From contig OZ246414.1 in the NCBI GenBank assembly GCA_965231125.1, positions 757,440-821,439 on the forward strand: DNA of 64,000 bases, given 5' to 3'. Below the pieces are notes generated by a model that did no database searches, was not told the DNA's origin, and worked only from the letters and a program-made list of their open reading frames with translations. The DNA is from an uncultured Gammaproteobacteria bacterium. Its GTDB lineage: Bacteria > Patescibacteriota > Microgenomatia > Woykebacterales > RBG-16-39-9b. Below are positions 47,336-56,123 of this stretch, piece by piece. Both the position numbers and the translations under genes were made by a program. Positions within the stretch are counted from its first letter, which is position 1. Each line of letters starts with the position of its first letter.

Positions 47336-49816
47336 TTATTGATCTACCGCATTGGCATTAACATTAACTGTACCAGAAACTGTTTGACCAGAGATAGGGT
47401 TAGTAAAATTCACGGTTGGGGCTTGAGTATCCGGTGCAGAATAGTTTAGTGGATTTTTGTAAATCATCACTCTTGGCCGGTTGATATCGGTGACATACAA
47501 ATTGTCAGAGCTATCAAAAGTAGCACCAAACGGCATCGAATAGTAATCGTCAAAATACCCGTCCGGCTGAGTTTTGTTCGGATCAAGAGGGTTTAAGTAA
47601 TAACCAAGGAAACGGCCTCCCACGTAACCGTTGTAGCCCGTCACCATATGATTTTGAGAGTCAAAAGCCACTTCCCAAGTGGCGTGTGCCTGGCCGACAT
47701 CAGGGTTTGGAGAACCATACCGTGGAAAAGTTTTGAAGGCAGTCTTATCAAAAATTACGCTGGTGCTGTCGCCAGGAAAATCGCTGGCGCGGAAAACCAA
47801 CAAGCGGAAATTTCCGCGAACCTCCAAGGAGTGGTCGGAAATGTAGGTGTTGCCAAAATTGTCGATCGAGACATGCCCAGGATAACACAAGTAGTTCAGG
47901 GGTGCTTCAACAGGCTTCGAATAAGTGCCGCCACGGTTACAAGCCGTCGAAGTAATATCTGCCTGGCCAAGGACAACATCAATCACAGGGCTGGTTAAAG
48001 GGTCTCGGATCCTAACAACCCGGCTATTGTCAGAATCTACTACCCAGAGAAAAAGCTTACCGCCAATTACCTGAGGCGCAAGTCCCATCAGGCCTTCATA
48101 GTCTTTTAAAACATCCATACTGCCCCCACCCAAAACCGGGATTGGGGCTCCCCCGCCGGCAACAGAGGCAATAGTTTTGATCAAAATTGGCGGTGCCTGG
48201 GTCGCGTCATAAACATAGATACCTTTGTAGGTCTTTGCCCAAACGCGGCCGCTGGCGTCGGCCTTGAGATTTTTTACAATGTTCATGTTGCAATCAATGG
48301 TATTAAAATCGGGCTGAATCAGCACAACATCGGCCGCCCTGCCGTTTGTTAAAGTTGTCAGATCGTTCCAGACCAAAATTCGACAGCCATCAGTCGCGAA
48401 GAGTTTATTGGCCGCAATCGCGACTCCGTGACCAACACCCATTCGTCGCTCATTAAATATTGTTTTGGAATCAAAAAGTTCCCGATCCCAACCACTGGCT
48501 TTGGTAAGAGGGTCCTTGATTAAAAGAACTCCCTGGGTAGGACTGGGAGCAACTAGGTTCCCATTTTTGGCTATTCCGGCACTTCCGGCCATTAGCTGGT
48601 TAGTGAATATATCATGCCTCAAGATTCCATCAAACCCATAAAGTTGTAGATGACCCCCGTTTGTTACCCAAATACCGCTATTCGCACTATCTACCTCAGA
48701 AACAAATCCACCTACACCAACAAAGACTGTGGCCACTCCGCCTATTGTTTGCTGGTCGGTGGTGAACTTTAAGATACGGGTGTTGCCACCGTCAGATACA
48801 TACAAATTGCCGCTGGGATCAAATCTTACTGAGTTGGGGTTAGCCATTTGGTTGATGGCGTTTCCGGGTTTGCCAGGCCCAGTCGTGAAGTTTGGCTGTC
48901 CAAGAACAACATCAGCTGTTTTTGAAATTGTCCCGTCAGCATTCTTTAGGAAACGCAGAACTCGATGGTTACCATTATCCGCCACCCAAAGGTTACCGCT
49001 TGGATCAAGGGCAACACCAGAACCAGAATTACCTGTATTGCTGTAGTCAACCAAACAGAGTGAAGAAGCTGAAGGTGTTGTACTAAGAATCCAAGCGTTC
49101 GTTTTGTTACAATAATTACCAGTAAAATTATCTTGACCAATGGCCTCATCGGCCACTTGATCATTCCAAGCATCATGGTAAATCAAAATCCGATGGTTTT
49201 CCGTATCGGGCACATAAAGGTTTCCACCTTGCGTGTACATACCGATGAAAGCCAGATTCTCAGCTGTGCTGAGCGAATCTTCTTTAACAAAACAAAGACT
49301 CGCGGCGCTGGCCGGGGCTCTGGTGGGATAGTTTTGAAAGCTACTATCTCCATTGCAGGCACTATAATCTGCCAAGTGGCCTTGCTGTCCAAAAACTTTT
49401 TCAGCCGAACAAGTATTGCCGGCAGGAATACAATTATCAAGGTTGAGGGCAATAATTCGACTCTCTCGCGTCGATTGCGCATAAAGTATTCCGAGTTTAG
49501 AAGTTGAATCAGACACTTCTCGATCAACCACCACACCTCCAGGCCGGTCAACCCACTGTGGGTTTACATAGCCCCTGGACAAAACATCCGTAAAATCCCT
49601 TCTTCCAATAATTACATCTGCCCACAAATCTCCAGCTACTCCCCTAATCCCAACGGCTTGAGTCTTGTAACCACGAAATTGGTAAACTAAGACAACTGTT
49701 AAGGGAATACTAATAAGGATGAGTATTGTGCCTGCTAAAGCTAGTAAATCCTTGGCAGTGTAAGGGGGGTTAATTGCTTGGCGGTACTTTTTAACTAGTT
49801 CTGAAACACTTTCCAC
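47336..49816 (-). CDS. exported NHL-repeat beta-propeller protein with shared N-terminal anchor and truncated Ig-like C-terminal tail
   Basis: 826 aa. NHL-type repeats (YVPDTENHRILIY, VADNGNHRVLRF, VSDGGNTRILKF, DSDNSRVVRI). Stop codon 1 nt from the metzincin start. It ends PTVNFTNPISGQTVSGTVNVNANAVDQ. Confidence 0.7.
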   Translation of the reverse strand: MESVSELVKKYRQAINPPYTAKDLLALAGTILILISIPLTVVLVYQFRGYKTQAVGIRGVAGDLWADVIIGRRDFTDVLSRGYVNPQWVDRPGGVVVDREVSDSTSKLGILYAQSTRESRIIALNLDNCIPAGNTCSAEKVFGQQGHLADYSACNGDSSFQNYPTRAPASAASLCFVKEDSLSTAENLAFIGMYTQGGNLYVPDTENHRILIYHDAWNDQVADEAIGQDNFTGNYCNKTNAWILSTTPSASSLCLVDYSNTGNSGSGVALDPSGNLWVADNGNHRVLRFLKNADGTISKTADVVLGQPNFTTGPGKPGNAINQMANPNSVRFDPSGNLYVSDGGNTRILKFTTDQQTIGGVATVFVGVGGFVSEVDSANSGIWVTNGGHLQLYGFDGILRHDIFTNQLMAGSAGIAKNGNLVAPSPTQGVLLIKDPLTKASGWDRELFDSKTIFNERRMGVGHGVAIAANKLFATDGCRILVWNDLTTLTNGRAADVVLIQPDFNTIDCNMNIVKNLKADASGRVWAKTYKGIYVYDATQAPPILIKTIASVAGGGAPIPVLGGGSMDVLKDYEGLMGLAPQVIGGKLFLWVVDSDNSRVVRIRDPLTSPVIDVVLGQADITSTACNRGGTYSKPVEAPLNYLCYPGHVSIDNFGNTYISDHSLEVRGNFRLLVFRASDFPGDSTSVIFDKTAFKTFPRYGSPNPDVGQAHATWEVAFDSQNHMVTGYNGYVGGRFLGYYLNPLDPNKTQPDGYFDDYYSMPFGATFDSSDNLYVTDINRPRVMIYKNPLNYSAPDTQAPTVNFTNPISGQTVSGTVNVNANAVDQ

Positions 49817-49869
49817 AGACAGTTGGGATAATTATCCCCTAACTAGCCCTGGATTGTCAAGCCACGGCC

Positions 49870-52251
49870 TTATGGCTTCACTGTTAATACAAGTCTCGGT
49901 GCGTAAGAGCTACCTTTTTCTTTTGAATAATAGACTGCCCCGTCGGAGGAGGTAGAGGTTACTCTTAAGCTTACAACCCCATCTTTAGTTATTTTTCCAG
50001 TTAGATTTATCGAATACCACTTCCCTGAGGAAACAGACCCCAACGAAGCCCACTTGGACCCTAAGGCGGGCCGGGTGTTCCAGGTCACCGTCTCCTCCTG
50101 CCAGGAAGTGGTTGTAGTTTTGTAGAAATAGCCACCCCGAACGGAGGGGTTCGTGCAGTAAATTTTTAGAACAGCACTTGTTACTGTGTTAGACCCCACG
50201 CCAGAAACCGAGAATTTCATAAGGAAGTTTCTGTAAGCGCTGTAATCGTCTATCAATGAGGTGGATGCACCATACTTAGTTGTTGGGTGGGTTTTATCAA
50301 TCGTGGCGTCATCAGCCGATCTTATGGTAAGAACCTTAAACACCTTATATGTTGCCTGGGCGGAGGCAGAGTAGGCTGGGTTGGAAGAATTAGTTGCAGT
50401 AGCACTTATTGTGTAGGAGCCTACTGCGGCCGAAGAGGAAGATGTAACTTTCAAGGTTGAAGTTGCAGCTGCCCCTGGAGCAAGACTCAATGATGTTGGT
50501 GTGAAGGAAGCAGACCACCCGGCTGGAATGGAACGCGTCAACGAAAAACTTGAACTACCACAGCCGTTGCTATCATTGTTAGTCACTGAAAAAGTGTAAT
50601 TTAGGCTGGTCCCAGCTTTACCAAACTGACTTGCGGGGATAAGGGACACCGTTGGATTTGCCCGGCTGCAAGCTAGCAGAGTTGTCACTGTCAATCCTAG
50701 CGAGGGATCAGAGACGTTGCTGGCGGCGTCGAAGGCTTGAACTGTGTAAACATAACGTGTATTTGGACTGACCGTACTATCACCAAAGGTGGTGGTGGTC
50801 ACGGTAGCGATACGCACCCCGTCGCGATTAACGTAGTAACCGGCGACCCCAACATTATCCGTTGAAGCATTCCAGGCAAGGTTTATTTGGTTAGCGGTAA
50901 CTAGTGTTGCTCTCAGGTTAGTTGGTATACTTGGCTTTTGGGTATCCGCCTGGTTTGGTGTAGTCACTGTGGCAGTATTGGACAAACCGGAAGTGTTTCC
51001 GGCAGCATCGCGCGCACTAGCGTTGTAATGGTAAGTAGTGTTTGGCAAGGCGCTTGTATCCGAGTATGAAGTAGTCGATGTTTGGGCAATTGTTACACCC
51101 TCACGGTTAATCAAATAGGCGGTAACACCAACATTATCTGTCGAAGGGCTCCAGGCTAAATCTACCCTTGTAGCCGAGATAGCTGTGGCGGTAAGGTTTG
51201 TGGGCGTAGTTGGAGGTATAGTGTCTAGCACTACATAAGTTGCGCTCGCGCTGGCTGTTTTGGTATTATCGACCTGGTTTGTTGCTTTAGCTGTAACTGT
51301 AAAATTACCGATGGCGGCGGAAGCAGACGAAGTGACCTTGAAAGTTGAGGTGCCGGCTGCCCCTGGAGCAAGACTCAATGATGTCGGTGTAAAGGTAGCG
51401 CTCCAGCCAGCCGGGATAGTTTGGGCTAAGGAAAATGTCGAGCTGGCGCAACTGGCACTGTCTTGGTTGGTCACGGAGAAAGTGTAGTTTAGACTAGTCC
51501 CAGGCCCACCAGATTGACTGGCTGGTGAAAGGGAGACCAGCGGGTTTGACCTGGTACAAGGAGCAACGTTATTGACATTCACAGAGACGGCTGCGGAGGT
51601 GGCTATATTCGCAGGATTTGCATTATCATAAGCTTTAGCAGAAAGAGTATGGCTGCCATTCGCTACGGTAGTAGAATCCCAGCTAGTACTGTAAGGAGAA
51701 GTTGTATCTGTACCAATCAGGGTGGTTGTATCGCGATAAAATTCAACCTTTTGAATACCAGCGGTATCGGAAGCATTAGCAGAAACTGTAACCGCTACCC
51801 CCGAAACTGTTGCACCGTTTGTGGGTGCGGTTACTGAAACCGACGGCGCGGTATTATCCACTGTAACCGTCGCTGAAGCTTGGCCGACATTAACTGGGCT
51901 GGCATTATCATAAGCTTTAGCCAGAATTGTATGAGACCCATCACCAATTGTTTTAGTGTCCCAAGAATAGTTGTAGGGACTAGTTGTATCAGTGCTCTTC
52001 AAGGCCCCATCAATGTAAAATTCGACTTTACTAACCCCGGTAGCTGCGGCTAAAACTTCCGCAATCAGCTTCCCCTCTTTTAGTTTTTTAATTGTAAGTG
52101 TCGGGTTGAGGGCTTTGTTGGTTTCTCTGCGCCCCTCACTTAAAAAGTTAGCAGCGACCAAAGACAATAAAATTACCGCCAGGAGAACTGCTAGACGGAG
52201 TCTTCTTTTTAAATTAACTTTTCCTTTTAATCTCGGCATCGGCAGATTCAT
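49870..52251 (-). CDS. exported multi-domain surface protein (Ig-like and fibronectin-III-like domains, duplicated beta-sandwich domain)
   Basis: 793 aa with a signal-like N-terminus. Two full Ig-like domains (...PSVSVTAPTNGATVSGVAVTVSANASDTAGIQKVEFY...). FN3-like segments (...LTATAISATRVDLAWSPSTDNVGVTAY...). An internally duplicated ~90-aa domain is also present in the metzincin. Confidence 0.6.
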   Translation of the reverse strand: MNLPMPRLKGKVNLKRRLRLAVLLAVILLSLVAANFLSEGRRETNKALNPTLTIKKLKEGKLIAEVLAAATGVSKVEFYIDGALKSTDTTSPYNYSWDTKTIGDGSHTILAKAYDNASPVNVGQASATVTVDNTAPSVSVTAPTNGATVSGVAVTVSANASDTAGIQKVEFYRDTTTLIGTDTTSPYSTSWDSTTVANGSHTLSAKAYDNANPANIATSAAVSVNVNNVAPCTRSNPLVSLSPASQSGGPGTSLNYTFSVTNQDSASCASSTFSLAQTIPAGWSATFTPTSLSLAPGAAGTSTFKVTSSASAAIGNFTVTAKATNQVDNTKTASASATYVVLDTIPPTTPTNLTATAISATRVDLAWSPSTDNVGVTAYLINREGVTIAQTSTTSYSDTSALPNTTYHYNASARDAAGNTSGLSNTATVTTPNQADTQKPSIPTNLRATLVTANQINLAWNASTDNVGVAGYYVNRDGVRIATVTTTTFGDSTVSPNTRYVYTVQAFDAASNVSDPSLGLTVTTLLACSRANPTVSLIPASQFGKAGTSLNYTFSVTNNDSNGCGSSSFSLTRSIPAGWSASFTPTSLSLAPGAAATSTLKVTSSSSAAVGSYTISATATNSSNPAYSASAQATYKVFKVLTIRSADDATIDKTHPTTKYGASTSLIDDYSAYRNFLMKFSVSGVGSNTVTSAVLKIYCTNPSVRGGYFYKTTTTSWQEETVTWNTRPALGSKWASLGSVSSGKWYSINLTGKITKDGVVSLRVTSTSSDGAVYYSKEKGSSYAPRLVLTVKP

Positions 52252-52262
52252 AAATTAATTTT

Positions 52263-52676
52263 TCATTTCACAACCACACTACCGTTAGTAGTTGGGTGGA
52301 GCTGATCGTGATACCCAAAAGTGCCACTCTTCTCAAACGTAAACGTGTAAATCTCGCCTTTTTTCAAAGGTTTTTTAGCATCAAATCCGGCAAGACCATT
52401 GTTGATCGGGTAAGGATTAGAGGCCGGCTGATGAGCCTTTGAGTCTTCATTAATCCAACCCACGGTTTCGCCCTTATTAATTAAAATTGTTTGGGGGTTG
52501 AAACCATTCTTGGTAATAGTTACGAAGGCGGTCGGTGCCGGCTTTTTGGGTAGTGCCGGGCCAAGCTTCAAATGACCTCTGGAAATTAATAGTGCAATAA
52601 TTAAAGCTAAACCGAGGATAATTACTACAACTAATTTTTGTTGTTTTTCCACTATTAAAATTATCTTATTTATCAT
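52263..52676 (-). CDS. small membrane-anchored cupredoxin-fold-like protein lacking Cys ligand
   Basis: 137 aa. N-terminal TM, then GETVGWINEDSKAHQP...YTFTFEKSGTFGYHDQLHP, reminiscent of the plastocyanin-like fold. No cysteine present. Confidence 0.35.
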   Translation of the reverse strand: MINKIILIVEKQQKLVVVIILGLALIIALLISRGHLKLGPALPKKPAPTAFVTITKNGFNPQTILINKGETVGWINEDSKAHQPASNPYPINNGLAGFDAKKPLKKGEIYTFTFEKSGTFGYHDQLHPTTNGSVVVK

Positions 52677-52695
52677 ATTAGGTTGTCAAGCTCAA

Positions 52696-54177
52696 TTACC
52701 TATCCACCGCATCTGCACCAACATTGACAGTACCAGAGACGGTTTGTCCCCCGGCAGGATTGGTGATGGTTACGCTTGGTGGTAAGGTATCTCCCCCACC
52801 AGTTACGTTAATTGGCAGGGTATCTGTGGCAAAAACTCCGGCTCTTTCAACTCTGACAGCAGCCAGATAGTTGCCGGCAGTCTGGTAGCTACAAAGGTCA
52901 TTAATCTGTTCTGGATTACTATCGGTGGTGAGGTTCGATTCATAAGTGCCATCGTTGGTACAGTCAAAGCGGTAGGTGATTCTGCCTATTGCAGTTCCAC
53001 CAACCGAGGCCTGAATGTCAACTCCATTGAGGGGGGCGGTGCCGGAAACCCCTGCTGATGAGAATGTTTGGCTTGAGAGTACTCTGCCTGAAAGTACAAC
53101 GGAGAGTGTTGGTGGTGGTGGTGGTGGTGGAGCTACACAGGCAAACCCGGCTTTGTTCAGAGCTCCACAGGCATCCAGCCTGCCCCAGCCATAAGTTGAA
53201 TCCCAACCGGCTGTTCCTAAATCTTTGGCTCCTTGATATAAAGCGTTAACAGCTGCAGTTGGTGAAACTCCTTTGGATAGCAGCAACCCCAGCACGCCAG
53301 CCACGTGCGCGGCTGCCAGCGTGTTTGTGGTGGCAACTGGGTAGTAGTACGGCACATGGCCAGTTGACATGATGACCTCGCCCGGCGCTGTGATATCCAG
53401 TTCTGGGCCGCTGCCCGAGTAAGGCGAGATCATGTCGTTTTGATCGGTATTGCCCACCGCCACAACTCCAGGGTAGGCTGCCGGGTAGCGCGCAGGGTTA
53501 TCGACTAAAGCTAAAGGCGCCACCACGATAGCCCCCTTTCCGATAGCGTAGTTAACTGCCGATTCTAGTGCCGTAGATGCTCTGAGTCCCTGATGGACGA
53601 AGAGAACGGATGCTCCGTGGTCTACTGCCCAGCGAATCCCAGTGGCCGTGTAACCATAGTCGTTCAGATCGCTGCATGGAAAATCGCAAACTACGACCGG
53701 CATGAGTCCAACCTGCCAGTTGATCCCGGCGATGCCAACTCCGTTGTTGGTGCTTGCTCCGATAACGCCTGCCTCCATCGAGCCACTCCCGATCGAATCG
53801 TAAGTTGGGGTGCCCGGCTTGAGTACGTTGTATCCAGGGATCAAATTGCTGTTGCTACCGAGATCCTCATTGGGCGTGGTGGTTCCGACCCCGCTGCCGA
53901 GCAGGGCGACTATAACACTGCGGCTGCCGGTGGTGATGTCCCAGGCCTCGGGAGCGTGAATCTTGGTTAGGGCCCACTGGTACCCAGCTTGAAAGTAGGG
54001 GTCGTTCGGTGTGGTCGCGGCTCTAGAGGTTGGTTCTCGACTCTGTTGGACTAAAGTAACGGTGAAAGGGATAGATAAGAAAATGATTAGAGTACCAATA
54101 ATACTCAAGAGATGTCTTTTGTCTTTTAGATTAATTTCTTCTTTTAGGTAACTCATCTGGGCAAGCACTCTCATCAA
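52696..54177 (-). CDS. subtilisin-like (S8) pseudo-protease, paralog 2, with C-terminal extension, poly-Pro linker and truncated Ig-like tail
   Basis: 493 aa. The first ~68 residues are identical to 44195-45331. Catalytic positions read G/M/T. PPPPPPP linker. It ends PSVTITNPAGGQTVSGTVNVGADAVDR. Confidence 0.75.
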   Translation of the reverse strand: MMRVLAQMSYLKEEINLKDKRHLLSIIGTLIIFLSIPFTVTLVQQSREPTSRAATTPNDPYFQAGYQWALTKIHAPEAWDITTGSRSVIVALLGSGVGTTTPNEDLGSNSNLIPGYNVLKPGTPTYDSIGSGSMEAGVIGASTNNGVGIAGINWQVGLMPVVVCDFPCSDLNDYGYTATGIRWAVDHGASVLFVHQGLRASTALESAVNYAIGKGAIVVAPLALVDNPARYPAAYPGVVAVGNTDQNDMISPYSGSGPELDITAPGEVIMSTGHVPYYYPVATTNTLAAAHVAGVLGLLLSKGVSPTAAVNALYQGAKDLGTAGWDSTYGWGRLDACGALNKAGFACVAPPPPPPPTLSVVLSGRVLSSQTFSSAGVSGTAPLNGVDIQASVGGTAIGRITYRFDCTNDGTYESNLTTDSNPEQINDLCSYQTAGNYLAAVRVERAGVFATDTLPINVTGGGDTLPPSVTITNPAGGQTVSGTVNVGADAVDR

Positions 54178-54206
54178 GTAAATTATATACCTAGTTAATT
54201 ATCCGT
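53972..54206. repeat. 235-bp exact duplication, copy 2
   Basis: Identical to 45126-45360, including the promoter-proximal spacer and the 5' coding region. Confidence 0.85.
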
Positions 54207-54317
54207 TGCATTAACATTGACATTAACAGTTCCCGAGACGGTTTGTCCGGAGGTTGGATTGGTTATTTTGGCTGTCCAGTTGGTGAGAGCTGCGGAGTTA
54301 TTTTCTTCCATGGGCAT
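54195..54317 (-). pseudogene. orphan 40-codon remnant encoding only the shared Ig-like C-terminal tail
   Basis: Translates MPMEENNSAALTNWTAKITNPTSGQTVSGTVNVNVNATDN-stop. It sits 17 nt upstream of the S8 paralog start, the same spacing as metzincin to S8 copy 1. No upstream body remains; the guaA stop is 39 nt away. Confidence 0.45.
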
Positions 54318-54356
54318 TTAATTTAATTATGGCCAACCTGAAATCTGTTGTCAAAC

Positions 54357-55883
54357 TTATTCGTATTCTATCGTCGCTGGCGGTTTTTGGGTTATGTCGT
54401 AAACCACCCGGTTTACACCTCTTACCTCATTAACAATCCTACTCGCGATTTTTTCTAAGACGTCTTGTGGAATTTTGAACCAATCAGCTGTCATCCCATC
54501 TACACTAGTTACTGCCCGCAAACTAATTATATACTGATAGGTTCTCGCATCCCCCATCACCCCAACCGTTTTCACTGGTAAAAGAGCAGCGAAGGCTTGC
54601 CAGATTTTGTTGTAAAGCTTGACCGTCTTAAGCTCTTCAATATAAATTGCATCCGCTTGTCGTAAAATCTCAAGACGATCTTGCGTTATTTCGCCTAAAA
54701 CGCGAATTGCCAGCCCCGGTCCGGGAAAAGGATGACGAAAAAGTTCTTCTTTGGAAAGACGCAGCTGCAAGCCCAATTGCCGCACTTCATCTTTATAAAA
54801 AGCAGCTAGCGGCTCAACGATTTTAAACTTAAGTTTCTCCGGCAAAGTTAGATTGTGATGACTTTTAATTTTAGCGGCCTGCTTGGATGAAGCCGCGGAC
54901 TCAACCCTATCTGGATAAATTGTTCCTTGGGCAAAAAAACGAATTTTTTCCTTTTTTTCCAAAGTCTTAGCTACATCTTCAAAAACTTTTATGAAGGTGT
55001 GCCCGATTATTTTTCTTTTACCTTCCGGATCCACCACCCCCTTCAACCTCTTTAGAAAGAGGGCTGACGCATCCACCTTAAGAAAATGTTTGAAACCTCG
55101 TTTCTCGTATATTTTTTCTACCTCGGCAGCTTCATTTTCGCGCAAAAGCCCGTGATCGATAAAAACCGCATGGAGCCTGTCACCGATTGCTTTGTGAAGA
55201 AGATTTGCGGCAACAAGCGAATCCACGCCACCAGAAACGCCAATTAAGACTTTCTCGCCACCAACTTCGCTCCTCAATCTCTCAACTAGCTGACCCTTTA
55301 GATCTTCGATTCGCCAATTCTTTTTTGCGCGACAGATACCAAAAACAAAATTTTTTAAAATCCTCGTACCGTTTTTAGTGTGAACAACTTCCGGGTGAAA
55401 TTGTATTGCATAAATTTTTTTATCAATATTGGAAAATCCACTGACAGGACAAGAAATGCTACTAGCAATAATTTCGAATTTTTGGGGAACTTTTTTTACC
55501 AAATCCCCATGGGAAAGCCAGACAATTTGGCTCTCTTCAAGACCTTTAAACAGCGGGTCGTTCGTCTTCACCTTAACAACTTCTTTTCCGTATTCCCCTT
55601 TTCCCCCAGCACCCACTTGCCCACCCAAGTTTTTTGCGAGAGCCTGTAAACCGTAACAGATACCAAGTATAGGTATGTTGAGACTGAGAATTGAGTTGGA
55701 GAAGGACGGGGCGCCCTTTTCATAAACTGAGGCTGGTCCACCGGAAAGAATTATACCCTCCAAATTATCTATTGTTGATAAAGAGTCTTTAGGGCTAAAA
55801 ATTTCAGCCGCAACATGAAGCTCACGGATACGACGGGCAATAAGATGAGTATACTGACTACCAAAATCGACAACAGCAATCAT
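54357..55883 (-). CDS. guaA: GMP synthase (glutamine-hydrolysing)
   Basis: 508 aa. MIAVVDFGSQYTHLIARRIRELHV. GATase GICYGLQ. ATP-PPase SGGVDS. C-terminal dimerisation domain ending ...IEYE. Confidence 0.9.
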   Translation of the reverse strand: MIAVVDFGSQYTHLIARRIRELHVAAEIFSPKDSLSTIDNLEGIILSGGPASVYEKGAPSFSNSILSLNIPILGICYGLQALAKNLGGQVGAGGKGEYGKEVVKVKTNDPLFKGLEESQIVWLSHGDLVKKVPQKFEIIASSISCPVSGFSNIDKKIYAIQFHPEVVHTKNGTRILKNFVFGICRAKKNWRIEDLKGQLVERLRSEVGGEKVLIGVSGGVDSLVAANLLHKAIGDRLHAVFIDHGLLRENEAAEVEKIYEKRGFKHFLKVDASALFLKRLKGVVDPEGKRKIIGHTFIKVFEDVAKTLEKKEKIRFFAQGTIYPDRVESAASSKQAAKIKSHHNLTLPEKLKFKIVEPLAAFYKDEVRQLGLQLRLSKEELFRHPFPGPGLAIRVLGEITQDRLEILRQADAIYIEELKTVKLYNKIWQAFAALLPVKTVGVMGDARTYQYIISLRAVTSVDGMTADWFKIPQDVLEKIASRIVNEVRGVNRVVYDITQKPPATIEYE

Positions 55884-55948
55884 TTGGAGAGATTATATTT
55901 AATATTTTGCAGCTTAGCAAGGAAACGTTTACTTAGTATTGAGGATCC

Positions 55949-56111
55949 TAATAAACTTCCGAGGGCTAAAACCCTCGGTATTGTTCTTTAAGTTTACACG
56001 AGCGCAGAAAACCCTTGAAAGTCTAACTTACATTTCCCCTCAGAAGTGTGTAATCACTCTTAGCATTCATCCCCACTTTAAGAAAGTGGATTTTCTGCTA
56101 GCGATTATAAC
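55949..56111. repeat. 163-bp intergenic repeat family B, copy 2
   Basis: Exact match to 3033-3195. Lies between the stop of the gene at 56124 and the guaA start. Confidence 0.85.
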
Positions 56112-56123
56112 CCCAATCAATTC

